Below, in pieces: positions 17,996 through 27,480 of a stretch of 62,830 nucleotides of DNA (position 1 is the stretch's first letter; each line of letters opens with the position of its first letter). The notes under the pieces are model-generated. The model ran no database searches and was not told the origin of the DNA. It saw nothing but the letters and a program-made list of their open reading frames with translations. A program made the translations under genes and the position numbers. The DNA comes from Candidatus Tayloriibacteriota bacterium. GTDB lineage: Bacteria > Patescibacteriota > Minisyncoccia > Phycocordibacterales > PALSA-1337. The stretch is from NCBI GenBank assembly GCA_903839695.1, contig CAIMDI010000026.1, forward strand, positions 1 through 62,830, given 5' to 3'.

Positions 17996-19909
17996 ATGTC
18001 CAAAATTATAGGAATTGACCTAGGTACTACCAACTCAGCCGTCGCAGTGATGGAAGCTGGTACACCTAAAATATTAGAAAACGCAGAAGGTGCTAGAACT
18101 ACACCGTCCATTATTGCCTTATCAAAAACAGGCGACAGAATGGTAGGTTTACTAGCCAAGAGACAAGGAGTTACAAATCCAAAAAATACTATTTATCAGA
18201 TAAAAAGATTTATTGGTCACAACTTCGATGATCCAGCAGTACAAAAGGATAGAGCTTCTGTTCCTTTTGAAATGCAAAAATCTGCTTCTGGTGGTATAGA
18301 AGTTAAAATGGGTGATAAGTGGTATAGACCTGAAGAAATTTCTGCGATGATAATTGGAAAACTAAAGGCTGATGCGGAATCACGACTTGGTGAACCAGTT
18401 ACAGAGGCAGTTATTACTGTGCCCGCATACTTTAACGATGCACAAAGACAAGCTACAAAGGATGCAGGAAAGATAGCTGGATTAGATGTAAAGAGAATTA
18501 TAAATGAACCTACTGCAGCTGCTCTTGCTTACGGATTTGATAAAAAGAAAGATGAGAAAATAGTAGTATTCGACTTTGGTGGAGGTACATTTGATATTTC
18601 AGTGTTGGAAGTCGGAGATGATGTTGTAGAGGTAAAATCAACAGATGGAGATGCTCACTTAGGTGGTAAGGATATTGATCAAAAAATTATCAATTGGCTT
18701 GCAGATGAATTTAAGAAGCAAGAGGGAATAGATGTAAGAAAAGATGCATTAGCACTACAAAGATTGGATGAAGCTGCAGAAAAAGCAAAAATTGAGCTTT
18801 CAACAGCAGTGCAAACTGAAATAAATATTCCATTCTTAACATCAGGAGCTGATGGTCCAAAACATTTACTTATTACTATGACACGTTCAAAATTGGAGGA
18901 ACTCACAAAGGAGTTTATTGATCGTGCAATGGAAATAACAAAAAGGGCTATGGACGCTTCTCCATTCAAAATTGCAGATATAAATGAAATAGTTTTGGTT
19001 GGAGGACAGACTCGCATGCCAGCTATGCAAAAAGCTGTTAAGGATTTCTTCGGAAAGGAATTGCACTTGGGTGTAAATCCTGACGAGGTGGTTGCGGTAG
19101 GTGCTGCTATTCAAGGAGGAATTTTGGCAGGAGATGTAAAAGGTGTACTTTTACTAGACGTTACACCACTTTCACTTGGAATTGAGACAATGGGAGGAGT
19201 AGCTACAAAACTCATTGAGAAGAACACCACTATACCTACTCAGAAGTCCCAAATCTTCTCTACAGCAGCTGATAATCAAACATCTGTGGAAATTCACATT
19301 ACTCAAGGAGAAAGACCGCTATCAGCAGATAACAAGTCTTTGGGAAGATTTATACTAGATGGTATTGCCCCAGCACCTAGAGGTATGCCACAAGTAGAAG
19401 TTACTTTTGACTTAGATGCAAACGGTATACTTTCTGTTACTGCAAAGGATAAAACAACGGGAAAAACTAACAGTATAAAAATTACTGCAAGTTCAGGACT
19501 TTCAAAAGAAGAGGTAGAGAAAATGAAAAAAGAAGCAGAGTTGCATTCAGTTGAAGATGCAAAGAAAAAAGAAATGATTGAAGCCAAGAACATGGCTGAA
19601 CAATTAATTTACACTTCTGAAAAATCATTAAAAGATGCAGGAGATAAAGTTCCAGCAGATCTTAGAAAGTCTATAGAAGATAAAATTGCTGATGTTAAAA
19701 CTTCAAAAGAAGGATCAGATCCAGCTTTGCTAAAGAAGTCTACAGAAACGCTTTCGTCTGAGCTTTCAAAGATAGGGGAAATGCTATCTAAAGCACAAGC
19801 AGAAGCTGCACAACAAACACCTCCAGCAGGTGGAGCAACAGGACCTTCTGATGAGCAAAAAGGAGCAGAAGGTGAGGTAAAGGATGCGGAGTTTAAGGAG
19901 AAGAAATAG
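17996..19909 (+). CDS. dnaK: molecular chaperone DnaK (Hsp70)
   Basis: [28 protein letters not shown]. 637 aa. Confidence 0.97.
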   Translation: MSKIIGIDLGTTNSAVAVMEAGTPKILENAEGARTTPSIIALSKTGDRMVGLLAKRQGVTNPKNTIYQIKRFIGHNFDDPAVQKDRASVPFEMQKSASGGIEVKMGDKWYRPEEISAMIIGKLKADAESRLGEPVTEAVITVPAYFNDAQRQATKDAGKIAGLDVKRIINEPTAAALAYGFDKKKDEKIVVFDFGGGTFDISVLEVGDDVVEVKSTDGDAHLGGKDIDQKIINWLADEFKKQEGIDVRKDALALQRLDEAAEKAKIELSTAVQTEINIPFLTSGADGPKHLLITMTRSKLEELTKEFIDRAMEITKRAMDASPFKIADINEIVLVGGQTRMPAMQKAVKDFFGKELHLGVNPDEVVAVGAAIQGGILAGDVKGVLLLDVTPLSLGIETMGGVATKLIEKNTTIPTQKSQIFSTAADNQTSVEIHITQGERPLSADNKSLGRFILDGIAPAPRGMPQVEVTFDLDANGILSVTAKDKTTGKTNSIKITASSGLSKEEVEKMKKEAELHSVEDAKKKEMIEAKNMAEQLIYTSEKSLKDAGDKVPADLRKSIEDKIADVKTSKEGSDPALLKKSTETLSSELSKIGEMLSKAQAEAAQQTPPAGGATGPSDEQKGAEGEVKDAEFKEKK

Positions 19910-19925
19910 ATATATATATTCCGCG

Positions 19926-19958
19926 AGAAACCCCGCCAATAGGCGGGGTTTCTTTTTG
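19926..19958 (+). terminator. rho-independent terminator of dnaK
   Basis: AGAAACCCCGCC-AATA-GGCGGGGTTTCT followed by TTTTG. Confidence 0.85.
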
Positions 19959-20061
19959 TATTAAAATACTTATATTATCTTATTATTGCTATCAATATAT
20001 ATTTTCTTATCATTCCATAATAAAGATGGCTTTGGATTGAATCAAAAAATTTTGTGTTGTA

Positions 20062-20102
20062 AATATAAAAGAAGAAGCCGGCATCCCGAAATGGGTACCG
20101 GC
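20062..20102 (-). terminator. terminator of the ClpP-like gene
   Basis: GCCGGCATCC..GAAA..GGGTACCGGC hairpin (20077-20102, one mismatch). A T-run follows on the minus strand (plus-strand AAATATAAAAGAAGAA). Confidence 0.6.
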
Positions 20103-20122
20103 CTCAATGTTTAGATTCGATA

Positions 20123-20647
20123 CTAGATAATTTCGTGTGCCAGACCCAGTTCCAACACTTGCTTCGGGTAAATGTATGATTCACTAGCCATTAGTTCTTT
20201 AACACGCTCCACATTAAGTTTTCCACATGTTTTTTCCGCAATGAACTCAGCATACCATTCTTGGTCAACCCCGATGCTCTCTTGCTTCGTGGAAAAGCCT
20301 GTGAATGATAAACGTTGATCAACGCATGGATTAAAACTTGGATCATGTAAAAAAATACCAGTGTGTTCGGTAATCATTCTTTTCTTGCCCGATGCAAAAA
20401 GCAAAACAGCCATTGAACCGACACCACCGGATGCAATTGTCGTAAGATTGACCCTGTACAATTTAATCATATCTATGAACATAAACGTCGGATCGCACAT
20501 GCCGCCGTTGGAGCAAATGACCAGTTTAATTTCTTTGCTCGGGTCATTTTTGTGATGATGTAAAACTAGTGACATTAGTTTAGATATCTTATCGTAATTG
20601 ATTGCCCCAAAAAATGGTACAATTATACTTTCCTTTCTTTCTTCCAT
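20123..20647 (-). CDS. short ClpP-fold serine peptidase-like protein (GC-richer cassette)
   Basis: 174 aa. IKLVICSNGG, GGVGSMAVLL (Ser), GIFLHDP (His) and C-terminal YPKQVLELGLAHEII parallel ClpP motifs. 41/100 G+C counted in 20401-20500. Confidence 0.6.
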   Translation of the reverse strand: MEERKESIIVPFFGAINYDKISKLMSLVLHHHKNDPSKEIKLVICSNGGMCDPTFMFIDMIKLYRVNLTTIASGGVGSMAVLLFASGKKRMITEHTGIFLHDPSFNPCVDQRLSFTGFSTKQESIGVDQEWYAEFIAEKTCGKLNVERVKELMASESYIYPKQVLELGLAHEII

Positions 20648-20797
20648 TTTTACTATTGGTTTTTACTCAGGTAACCCAGCTCTTTCTTAGCCGACCTGTG
20701 TTGTTTGTTTGAAGAACATTAGAGGAATTATACTAAATTTCCTCATCCTCGTTTGTTCTACTTAAACATATTTAACAGCTATAGTCAACATTTAGTA

Positions 20798-20825
20798 TTG
20801 CATTTAACTATATTTTTGCTATAAT
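20798..20825 (+). promoter_or_regulatory. dnaJ promoter with extended -10, leaderless geometry
   Basis: TTGCAT 20798-20803, TGC-TATAAT 20817-20825. Only 7 nt (CACAGCC) before the ATG at 20833 and no SD. Confidence 0.55.
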
Positions 20826-20832
20826 CACAGCC

Positions 20833-21717
20833 ATGTCAAAAGACTATTACAAAATACTAGGTATTGAAAAAAACGCCTCAAAAGATGACATAAAAAAAGC
20901 TTTCCGCAAGCTTGCTCATGAGCATCATCCTGACAAAAATCAAGGAAATGATACTAAATTTAAGGAAATAAACGAGGCATACACAACATTGTCAGATGAT
21001 CAAAAAAGGCAACAATACGATACATTTGGTTCAGCTGGACCAGGTGGTTTTGGTGGCGGTCAAGGAGGTTTCAATGGATTTAATGGAGGTCAAGGATTTG
21101 GTGGTTTTGATTTCTCAGGATTCGCTAGGCAACAAGCACAGGGCGGTAATGGTCAATCATTTGAATTTGATTTGGGAGATTTGTTCGGAGATTTCTTTGG
21201 TGGAGGAAGACGACCTAGAAGAGGTGCAAATATTACTGTTGATGTTCAGCTTTCATTTAAGGAATCAGTATTTGGACTTGAGAAAGAATTAAATATTAAT
21301 AAAGAAAAAATTGTTGTTACTATTCCATCTGGTATTGAAAATGGTCAAGGATTAAGAGTTCAAGGTAAGGGTGAAGATGGTCCAGGAGGAAAAGGTGATC
21401 TAATAGTCCGTATCTGGGTAGAGGATCATTCTGTATTTAGAAAAGAGGGTATGAATTTAGTCATGGAATTAAAATTAAAACTTACCACAGCTTTACTTGG
21501 TGCTACAGTAGATTTGGAAACATTAGATGGAAAAATAGAATTAAAAATTCCAGCAGGAACTACTCATAACGAAATACTAAGAGTAAAACAAAAAGGTGTT
21601 CCTGATGAAAGAGGTAGACGTGGAGATCTTCTAATAGTCACAAAAGTAGAAATGCCAAGAAAAGTTTCCAAAACCGCACAGAAACTTATTGAAGAATTAA
21701 AGAAAGAGGGGCTATAG
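20833..21717 (+). CDS. dnaJ: J-domain co-chaperone (DnaJ/CbpA-like, no zinc-finger domain)
   Basis: J domain YYKILGI...HHPDKN, G/F-rich region, C-terminal substrate-binding domains. No CxxCxGxG repeats. Confidence 0.85.
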   Translation: MSKDYYKILGIEKNASKDDIKKAFRKLAHEHHPDKNQGNDTKFKEINEAYTTLSDDQKRQQYDTFGSAGPGGFGGGQGGFNGFNGGQGFGGFDFSGFARQQAQGGNGQSFEFDLGDLFGDFFGGGRRPRRGANITVDVQLSFKESVFGLEKELNINKEKIVVTIPSGIENGQGLRVQGKGEDGPGGKGDLIVRIWVEDHSVFRKEGMNLVMELKLKLTTALLGATVDLETLDGKIELKIPAGTTHNEILRVKQKGVPDERGRRGDLLIVTKVEMPRKVSKTAQKLIEELKKEGL

Positions 21718-21732
21718 CCCCCTTTTTCTTTT
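21708..21732 (+). terminator. dnaJ terminator
   Basis: GGGGC-TATA-GCCCC overlapping the stop codon, followed by CTTTTTCTTTTT. Confidence 0.7.
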
Positions 21733-21734
21733 TC

Positions 21735-21743
21735 TGATATATT
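21735..21743 (+). promoter_or_regulatory. extended -10 box, 6 nt before the trpS ATG
   Basis: TGA-TATATT then TAATGC then ATG 21750. Confidence 0.45.
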
Positions 21744-21749
21744 TAATGC

Positions 21750-22700
21750 ATGTCAAAAAAAATATTACTATCAGGTGTCAAACCAACTGGTGCTCCACAT
21801 ATTGGAAATTATTTTGGAGCAATGAAACAAATGGTTGATTTACAAAATAGCGGTAATTATGATTGCTATTTTATGATAGCCGATTATCATGCCCTAAATC
21901 TAATTCAAAATGCTGAAACTTTGCGTGATTACAATATAAATTTGGCACTTGATTATATGGCTATTGGCCTTGATCCCAAAAATTCTACTATTTTTAAACA
22001 AAGTGATGTTTCAGCTCATACTGAATTGGCTTGGATTTTCGATTCTATAACAACTATGCCTTATCTTATGAGGGCTCATGCTTTTAAAGATGCTGAAGCT
22101 AAAGACAAAGAAATTAGTGTAGGTACTTTTAATTACCCAATGCTTATGGCTGCAGATATTCTTCTTTATGATGTAGATACAGTTCCAGTAGGTCAAGATC
22201 AGAAACAACACATAGAGTACACTCGTGATACTGCACAAAAATTCAATAATATTTTTGGAGAAACATTTAAACTTCCTGAACCTTTTATTATGAAAGAAGT
22301 TTCTGTCGTTTCAGGAACAGATGGACAAAAAATGAGCAAGAGTTACAAAAACACTATTCCACTTTTTGCTAGTCGAGAAGAAATAATAAAGTCTGTGATG
22401 AGTATAGTTACAGATTCTGGAGGTGATATACCTGCAAATGTGTATAATATTCACAAATTACTGCGTTCAGAGGATGAATTAAAGTCTATTTATGATCAAA
22501 ATAAGGGCAAGTACAAAATATTAAAGGAATCTTTGATAGAGGATCTTGACTTGTTTATAAAACCATTGAGAGAAAAAAGGGAAGAATTAAGTAAAAATGT
22601 TGATGAAATCAAAGCTATTCTTGCTGACGGTGCTTCTCGTGCAAAAGTACGTGCTGATGCTAAACTTTTGACAGTCAAGAAAAACATTGGTGTAAACTAA
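21750..22700 (+). CDS. trpS: tryptophan--tRNA ligase
   Basis: GVKPTGAPHIGNYFGA (HIGH), KMSKS (GQKMSKS). Confidence 0.92.
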   Translation: MSKKILLSGVKPTGAPHIGNYFGAMKQMVDLQNSGNYDCYFMIADYHALNLIQNAETLRDYNINLALDYMAIGLDPKNSTIFKQSDVSAHTELAWIFDSITTMPYLMRAHAFKDAEAKDKEISVGTFNYPMLMAADILLYDVDTVPVGQDQKQHIEYTRDTAQKFNNIFGETFKLPEPFIMKEVSVVSGTDGQKMSKSYKNTIPLFASREEIIKSVMSIVTDSGGDIPANVYNIHKLLRSEDELKSIYDQNKGKYKILKESLIEDLDLFIKPLREKREELSKNVDEIKAILADGASRAKVRADAKLLTVKKNIGVN

Positions 22701-22798
22701 ATCTTTATCGTTTCTTAATAACTTCTTTAGAACTTCTTAAGAACTTTTTTGTATTGTTGATTATATTATAAAGTGAGTATAAATAATTAATAATTATT

Positions 22799-23026
22799 AT
22801 GGAAAATGAACAATATATTTTTGTATTAGGAGCACTTGCGCGCATAGATAAAAAAGTGGACATGATGAATGAAAGTTTTCAAGAGGTAAAAATTGAACTT
22901 ATTCATATGAAAGAAGATATAGATGAAACCAGAGCAGATATATCTGAATTAAAACAATACAATAGTCATCTTATAGACAAACAAGTTGAAAAAATGGACG
23001 AATTTGAAGCTGAGTTCGATATGTAG
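22799..23026 (+). CDS. small coiled-coil hypothetical protein
   Basis: 75-aa acidic heptad-like ORF with host-like composition. No motif. Confidence 0.35.
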   Translation: MENEQYIFVLGALARIDKKVDMMNESFQEVKIELIHMKEDIDETRADISELKQYNSHLIDKQVEKMDEFEAEFDM

Positions 23027-23032
23027 TATGAT
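23027..23032 (+). promoter_or_regulatory. -10 box, 6 nt before the aspS ATG
   Basis: TATGAT then GTTGGC then ATG 23039. Confidence 0.35.
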
Positions 23033-23038
23033 GTTGGC

Positions 23039-24439
23039 ATGGAAAGAACATATATTAAAGACCTAAATTTAAAAGTTGGTCAAGAGGTAAGTATTAATGG
23101 TTGGGTTGATATTCGTAGAGATCAGGGAAAGCTTATATTTCTTGATTTTCGTGATGTTACTGGGAAAGTTCAGGGTGTTATTTTACCAAATGCAACAGCC
23201 GCTCATGAAGTTGGTTTTACTCTAAGACCAGAATGGGTTGTTTGTGTAAAAGGGAAAGTAAATCCTAGACCACCAAAAAATGTTCAAAAGGACAAACAAA
23301 ACGGTGAAATCGAGCTTGAGATTCTAGAAATCAAAGTTTTAAATGAGGCTACTACTCCTCCTATTGATATTCGTGGTGATGGAAAAGAAATAAATGAAGA
23401 AGTACGTTTAAAATACAGATATCAAGACCTTAGACGACCTAGATTACAAAAAAATATAATTAATCGTCACAAGGTAATGTTGCATGTAAGAAATGCATTG
23501 GCGAAAGAAGGTTTTACAGAAATTGAAACCCCGCTTCTTTCTGCTACAACTCCTGAAGGCTCTCGTGATTACATAGTTCCTTCTAGATTGGAGAGAGGTT
23601 CATTTTATTCTCTTCCACAAAGTCCTCAGCAATACAAACAACTCCTTATGTCATCAGGATTTGAAAAGTATTTCCAATTTGCTAGATGTATGCGAGATGA
23701 AGATAGTCGAGGTGATCGTCAGCCAGAATTTACACAAATGGATATGGAAATGAGCTTCGTTGAAAGAAAAGATGTAATGGCTATAAATGAAAAAATATTA
23801 ATTGATCTTGTTACTACACTTTATCCAAATAAAAAAATTCAGCAAATTCCTTTTCCGGTAATGTCTTATAAAGAGGCGATGGAAAAATATGGTGTTGATA
23901 AGCCTGATATTCGTACAGACAAAAATGATCCAGATTTATTAGCATTTCTTTGGGTTATAGATTGGCCATTTTTTGAAAAAGATCCTGATACAAAAGGATG
24001 GACATTTACGCATAATCCATTTTCTTCACCAACACCAGAATTCATGGATGATTTGTTAAATCAAAAAAATATTGAAAATATATTTACAACTCAATACGAT
24101 ATTGTTCTAAATGGATCTGAAATTGGAGGAGGAAGTATAAGAAATCATAATCCAGAAGCTTTAAAAGCAGTATTTAAGGTTATGGGATATAGTGAAGAAA
24201 GAATTGAGAAAAATTTTGGTCATATGTTAAATGCTTTAGGATCAGGAACACCACCACATGGAGGTATTGCATGGGGCTTTGACAGACTGATGACTTTCTT
24301 AGAGGTAGAACCAAATATTCGAGAGGTAATAGCATTTCCAAAAAATGGTGAGGGAAGAGATCCGATGATGGGCGCACCAGGAAAGGTAATGGATAAACAG
24401 TTAAAAGAATTGGGAATAGAAATAGTGGAGGAGAAGTAA
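23039..24439 (+). CDS. aspS: aspartate--tRNA ligase, bacterial type without GAD insertion
   Basis: LPQSPQQYKQLLM, RDEDSRGDRQPEFTQMDMEMSF, GGGSIR. VDKPDIRTDKNDPDLLAFLWVIDWP joins the two halves where the ~130-aa GAD domain normally sits. 466 aa. Confidence 0.9.
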   Translation: MERTYIKDLNLKVGQEVSINGWVDIRRDQGKLIFLDFRDVTGKVQGVILPNATAAHEVGFTLRPEWVVCVKGKVNPRPPKNVQKDKQNGEIELEILEIKVLNEATTPPIDIRGDGKEINEEVRLKYRYQDLRRPRLQKNIINRHKVMLHVRNALAKEGFTEIETPLLSATTPEGSRDYIVPSRLERGSFYSLPQSPQQYKQLLMSSGFEKYFQFARCMRDEDSRGDRQPEFTQMDMEMSFVERKDVMAINEKILIDLVTTLYPNKKIQQIPFPVMSYKEAMEKYGVDKPDIRTDKNDPDLLAFLWVIDWPFFEKDPDTKGWTFTHNPFSSPTPEFMDDLLNQKNIENIFTTQYDIVLNGSEIGGGSIRNHNPEALKAVFKVMGYSEERIEKNFGHMLNALGSGTPPHGGIAWGFDRLMTFLEVEPNIREVIAFPKNGEGRDPMMGAPGKVMDKQLKELGIEIVEEK

Positions 24440-24446
24440 TAGAGAA

Positions 24447-24475
24447 AACCGAGTACCAAAATACTCGGTTTTTGG
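24447..24475. terminator. bidirectional terminator between convergent aspS and 24488-25045
   Basis: AACCGAGTA-CCAAAA-TACTCGGTT with A-run and T-run flanks. Confidence 0.75.
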
Positions 24476-24487
24476 TAATAACAATCT

Positions 24488-25045
24488 TTAAATTCCTGCC
24501 AATTTTTTCGCCTCATCTAACAATCCAAATGTCTTTAAGTTACTAACAACTTCTTCAGGTGTTGTTGAGCAATGAAAGCCATTTCTTGAATATTCAATTG
24601 TCTCGCCACCATGTGGATTTGGATAAAATACAGACGAGTAATTTAAATCTTTTCTTAATGTGCCAGATATATTTTCTTCAGCATTGCGTTTTAAGCCTCT
24701 TAAATTTAATACCTCCTCTCTTACATCGCTTTCTAGCTCATTATCTGCAGTCACCAAGAATACCTCAACTTCTGTATTGAGTAAGTGTTGTTTTGTAGCT
24801 ATTTGAATTGTATCTGTCCAACCTTTCATATCAGGATAAAGATTATTCAACCTGTTTTCATCAAGAATAAATCTATATGTTTGGGCATTCAGTCCTTTAT
24901 TTTTTAAAAATAGCAGCAAAGGCGCTTCGGTGTCAGTATTCTCAGGCTTTGTCATGAGCACAGTAACTTTCTTTGATAAAGCTATTACTTCTTCTGGTGT
25001 CATTTCTGATTCAACTATATTTGGAACTAATTCTTTTTCATTCAT
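24488..25045 (-). CDS. divergent nucleoside-diphosphate-kinase-like protein (tentative)
   Basis: KVTVLMTKPEN.., ..GTLRKDL.. and NGFHCSTTPEEVVSNLKTF parallel the NDK motifs (IKPD, TIRGDF, N.xHGSDS). Divergent. Confidence 0.35.
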   Translation of the reverse strand: MNEKELVPNIVESEMTPEEVIALSKKVTVLMTKPENTDTEAPLLLFLKNKGLNAQTYRFILDENRLNNLYPDMKGWTDTIQIATKQHLLNTEVEVFLVTADNELESDVREEVLNLRGLKRNAEENISGTLRKDLNYSSVFYPNPHGGETIEYSRNGFHCSTTPEEVVSNLKTFGLLDEAKKLAGI

Positions 25046-25091
25046 ATTATTTTATATTTAATCTGATATAATTGAAGTAATACTATCACAT

Positions 25092-25823
25092 ATGCCTGAA
25101 CAATTTATAATCAAAACTACAGCATTCGAAGGTCCGCTAGATCTTTTGCTTTCTCTTGTTGAAAAGAAAAAATTATTTATAAATGATATTGCTCTTTCAA
25201 AAGTTACTGATGACTTTATCGCACACATTCAGAATTTCGGAGTTATGCCTATAGGTGAGTCTGCTCAATTTATCCTTATCGCCTCGACATTACTTCTGAT
25301 CAAGTCTCGATCACTTCTACCAACTCTTACTCTCACTGAAGAAGAGGAAGAGGGTATACAGGATTTGGAAACTCGGCTCAAAATATACAAAAGAATAAAA
25401 GATGCAAGCATTAAAATACAAAATATGTTTGGAAAGCAAATAATTTTTGAACAATCTCAAGCTCGTCCTATGACACCTGTTTTTTCGCCTCATGAGAGCA
25501 TGAATCTTCTTTCTTTAACTCAATCAATAAAAGATGTTATAAAAGCATTACCTAAAAAAGAAAATATTCCAAAAGCTGTTGTTAGAAAAGTTATAAGTTT
25601 GGAGGAGACAATTGATAATTTGACTAAAAGGATTACACAAGGTTTACGCATGAAATTTAGTGACTTTTCTAGTTTTCACAAAGAAGAAAAGGTAAATGTT
25701 ATAGTTAGTTTTCTAGCAATGTTAGAGCTTGTTAAACAAGGAATAATAAATGTAACCCAAGAAAATGATAAAGCAGATATTCATATGGAAAGTAAAGAAA
25801 TAGGGATTCCAAGATACGGCTAG
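25092..25823 (+). CDS. scpA: segregation and condensation protein A
   Basis: FEGPLDLLLSLVEKKKLFINDIALSKVTDDF..., a typical ScpA N-terminus. Confidence 0.85.
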   Translation: MPEQFIIKTTAFEGPLDLLLSLVEKKKLFINDIALSKVTDDFIAHIQNFGVMPIGESAQFILIASTLLLIKSRSLLPTLTLTEEEEEGIQDLETRLKIYKRIKDASIKIQNMFGKQIIFEQSQARPMTPVFSPHESMNLLSLTQSIKDVIKALPKKENIPKAVVRKVISLEETIDNLTKRITQGLRMKFSDFSSFHKEEKVNVIVSFLAMLELVKQGIINVTQENDKADIHMESKEIGIPRYG

Positions 25824-25835
25824 AATTAATACTTG

Positions 25836-25844
25836 TGTTATAAT
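25836..25844 (+). promoter_or_regulatory. extended -10 box, 6 nt before the scpB ATG
   Basis: TGT-TATAAT then CTTTTT then ATG 25851. Confidence 0.4.
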
Positions 25845-25850
25845 CTTTTT

Positions 25851-26402
25851 ATGAAATTAGAGTCTCAAATTGAAGCATTATTATTTTGGAAAGCAGAACC
25901 AGTTTCTATAAAGAAATTGGCGTCTTTACTCAATAAAACAGAAGAAGAAATAAAAGCTGCAATAATTTTTCTTCGTGGTTCATTAAATGAAAGAGGAATT
26001 ACATTAATTCAATTAGAAGATGAGGTTACATTGGGTACTTCAAAAGAGGCTTCTGAACTAATTGAATCATTAACAAAAGAAGAATTGACAAAGGATATTG
26101 GGAAAGCAGGTTTAGAAACTCTGTCTATTATACTGTATCAGGGTCCTATTTCTCGGGCTGAATTAGATTATATTCGTGGTGTTAATTCACAATTCATTTT
26201 AAGAAATTTATTGGTTAGGGGATTAATAGAGAAAATTGATAATCCAAAGGATCAAAGAAGTTTTCTTTACAAACCCACACTCCAATTACTATCATTTATC
26301 GGTATTTCTAAAATTGAAGATATACCTGATTTTCAAAGTGTAAAGAGCGATATAGAAAATTTTAAACAAAACACCATAAATGAACAAAAAGCTCAAAATT
26401 GA
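25851..26402 (+). CDS. scpB: segregation and condensation protein B
   Basis: Start at ATG 25851. IEALLFWKAEPVSIKKLA...GLETLSIILYQGPISRAELDYIRGV. Confidence 0.85.
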   Translation: MKLESQIEALLFWKAEPVSIKKLASLLNKTEEEIKAAIIFLRGSLNERGITLIQLEDEVTLGTSKEASELIESLTKEELTKDIGKAGLETLSIILYQGPISRAELDYIRGVNSQFILRNLLVRGLIEKIDNPKDQRSFLYKPTLQLLSFIGISKIEDIPDFQSVKSDIENFKQNTINEQKAQN

Positions 26403-27480
26403 TAAAGTATTTTTATTTTCAGTAATCTTATTGTCAGCATTCGGTTTTTTAATATTTTCCTCTGCTTCGCTAGGCTTACTTGCGAAAGAGGTTTCAAATT
26501 ATAATTTTGTTGCAGCAAAACAATTCATAGGATTAATGATAGGACTAGTCGCTTTTTTATTAATGTCTAAATTGCCTTATAAGACTTTAAGAAAGTATTC
26601 TTTTTATATTTTTATTTCTGCAATTATTATAAATTTGCTTTTGTTTATACCGTTTATATCCGTAAGTCATGGTGGTGCCTCAAGATGGATTGACCTTGGT
26701 CCTATAACTTTTCAACCATCGGAATTACTTAAAATTGCATTCATAATATATTTTGCAGCTTGGCTTTCAGGCGTAAAGGATAAGGTTTCTTCAATTAAGT
26801 ACAGTATATTGCCGTATTTAGGAATAGTTAGCATATTAAGTATGATACTTCTTGCACAATCTGATACAGATACTTTAGTCGTAATATCAGGTACTGGAAT
26901 ACTAATGCTGTATGCTGCCGGTAGCAAAACAAAACATGTAGCAACTCTTATTCTAGCTTTATTGATTTTAGTTTCTATAGTTATTGCTGTAAGACCGTAT
27001 GCAAGACAAAGAGTAATGACTTTTTTCAATTCCTCCGTTAATTCTCAAAGTTCTGGATATCAAATACAACAATCACTCATAGCTATAGGTTCAGGTGGTT
27101 TTACTGGTAGAGGGTTTGGACAAAGTATTCAGAAATTTAATTATTTACCTGAGCCTATCGGTGATTCAATTTTTGCTGTTCAAGCAGAGGAATTTGGTTT
27201 CATTGGAAGTATTGCTTTAGTTTTGCTATTTGTATTTTTCTTAATCAAGACAATTAAAATCTCAATACGTACTGAGGATAGTTTCGGTGGACTTCTAGCA
27301 CTTGGAATTGGTATACTTATTATTACAGAATCATTTATGAATATTTCATCAATGCTTGGTATTATTCCACTTTCTGGTATGCCATTATTATTTGTTAGTC
27401 ACGGAGGTACTGCATTGATAATAACACTAGCAGCAGTTGGAATAATCGCTAATATTTCTAAATTTCAAAAAAACATATGA
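26380..27480 (+). CDS. ftsW: SEDS-family peptidoglycan polymerase FtsW/RodA
   Basis: Polytopic. QPSELLKI, GYQIQQSLIAIGSGGFTGRGFGQS, LPEPIGDSIFAV. Sits next to murG. Confidence 0.85.
   Translation: MNKKLKIDKVFLFSVILLSAFGFLIFSSASLGLLAKEVSNYNFVAAKQFIGLMIGLVAFLLMSKLPYKTLRKYSFYIFISAIIINLLLFIPFISVSHGGASRWIDLGPITFQPSELLKIAFIIYFAAWLSGVKDKVSSIKYSILPYLGIVSILSMILLAQSDTDTLVVISGTGILMLYAAGSKTKHVATLILALLILVSIVIAVRPYARQRVMTFFNSSVNSQSSGYQIQQSLIAIGSGGFTGRGFGQSIQKFNYLPEPIGDSIFAVQAEEFGFIGSIALVLLFVFFLIKTIKISIRTEDSFGGLLALGIGILIITESFMNISSMLGIIPLSGMPLLFVSHGGTALIITLAAVGIIANISKFQKNI

Noticed and set aside
18679-19593. Antisense ORFs within dnaK (18679-19017, 18887-19114, 19303-19593)
   Set aside because: dnaK is unambiguous on the plus strand, and these are shadow ORFs with low-complexity products.
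17578-20832. CIRCE (HrcA operator) upstream of grpE, dnaK or dnaJ, and T-box leaders upstream of alaS, trpS, aspS or gltX
   Set aside because: No TTAGCACTC-N9-GAGTGCTAA-like inverted repeat was found. The aaRS upstream regions are far too short (leaderless geometry) to hold a T-box.
20996-21292. 98-aa ORF in another frame of dnaJ
   Set aside because: It covers the G/F-rich region of dnaJ, which is a repeat-driven open frame.
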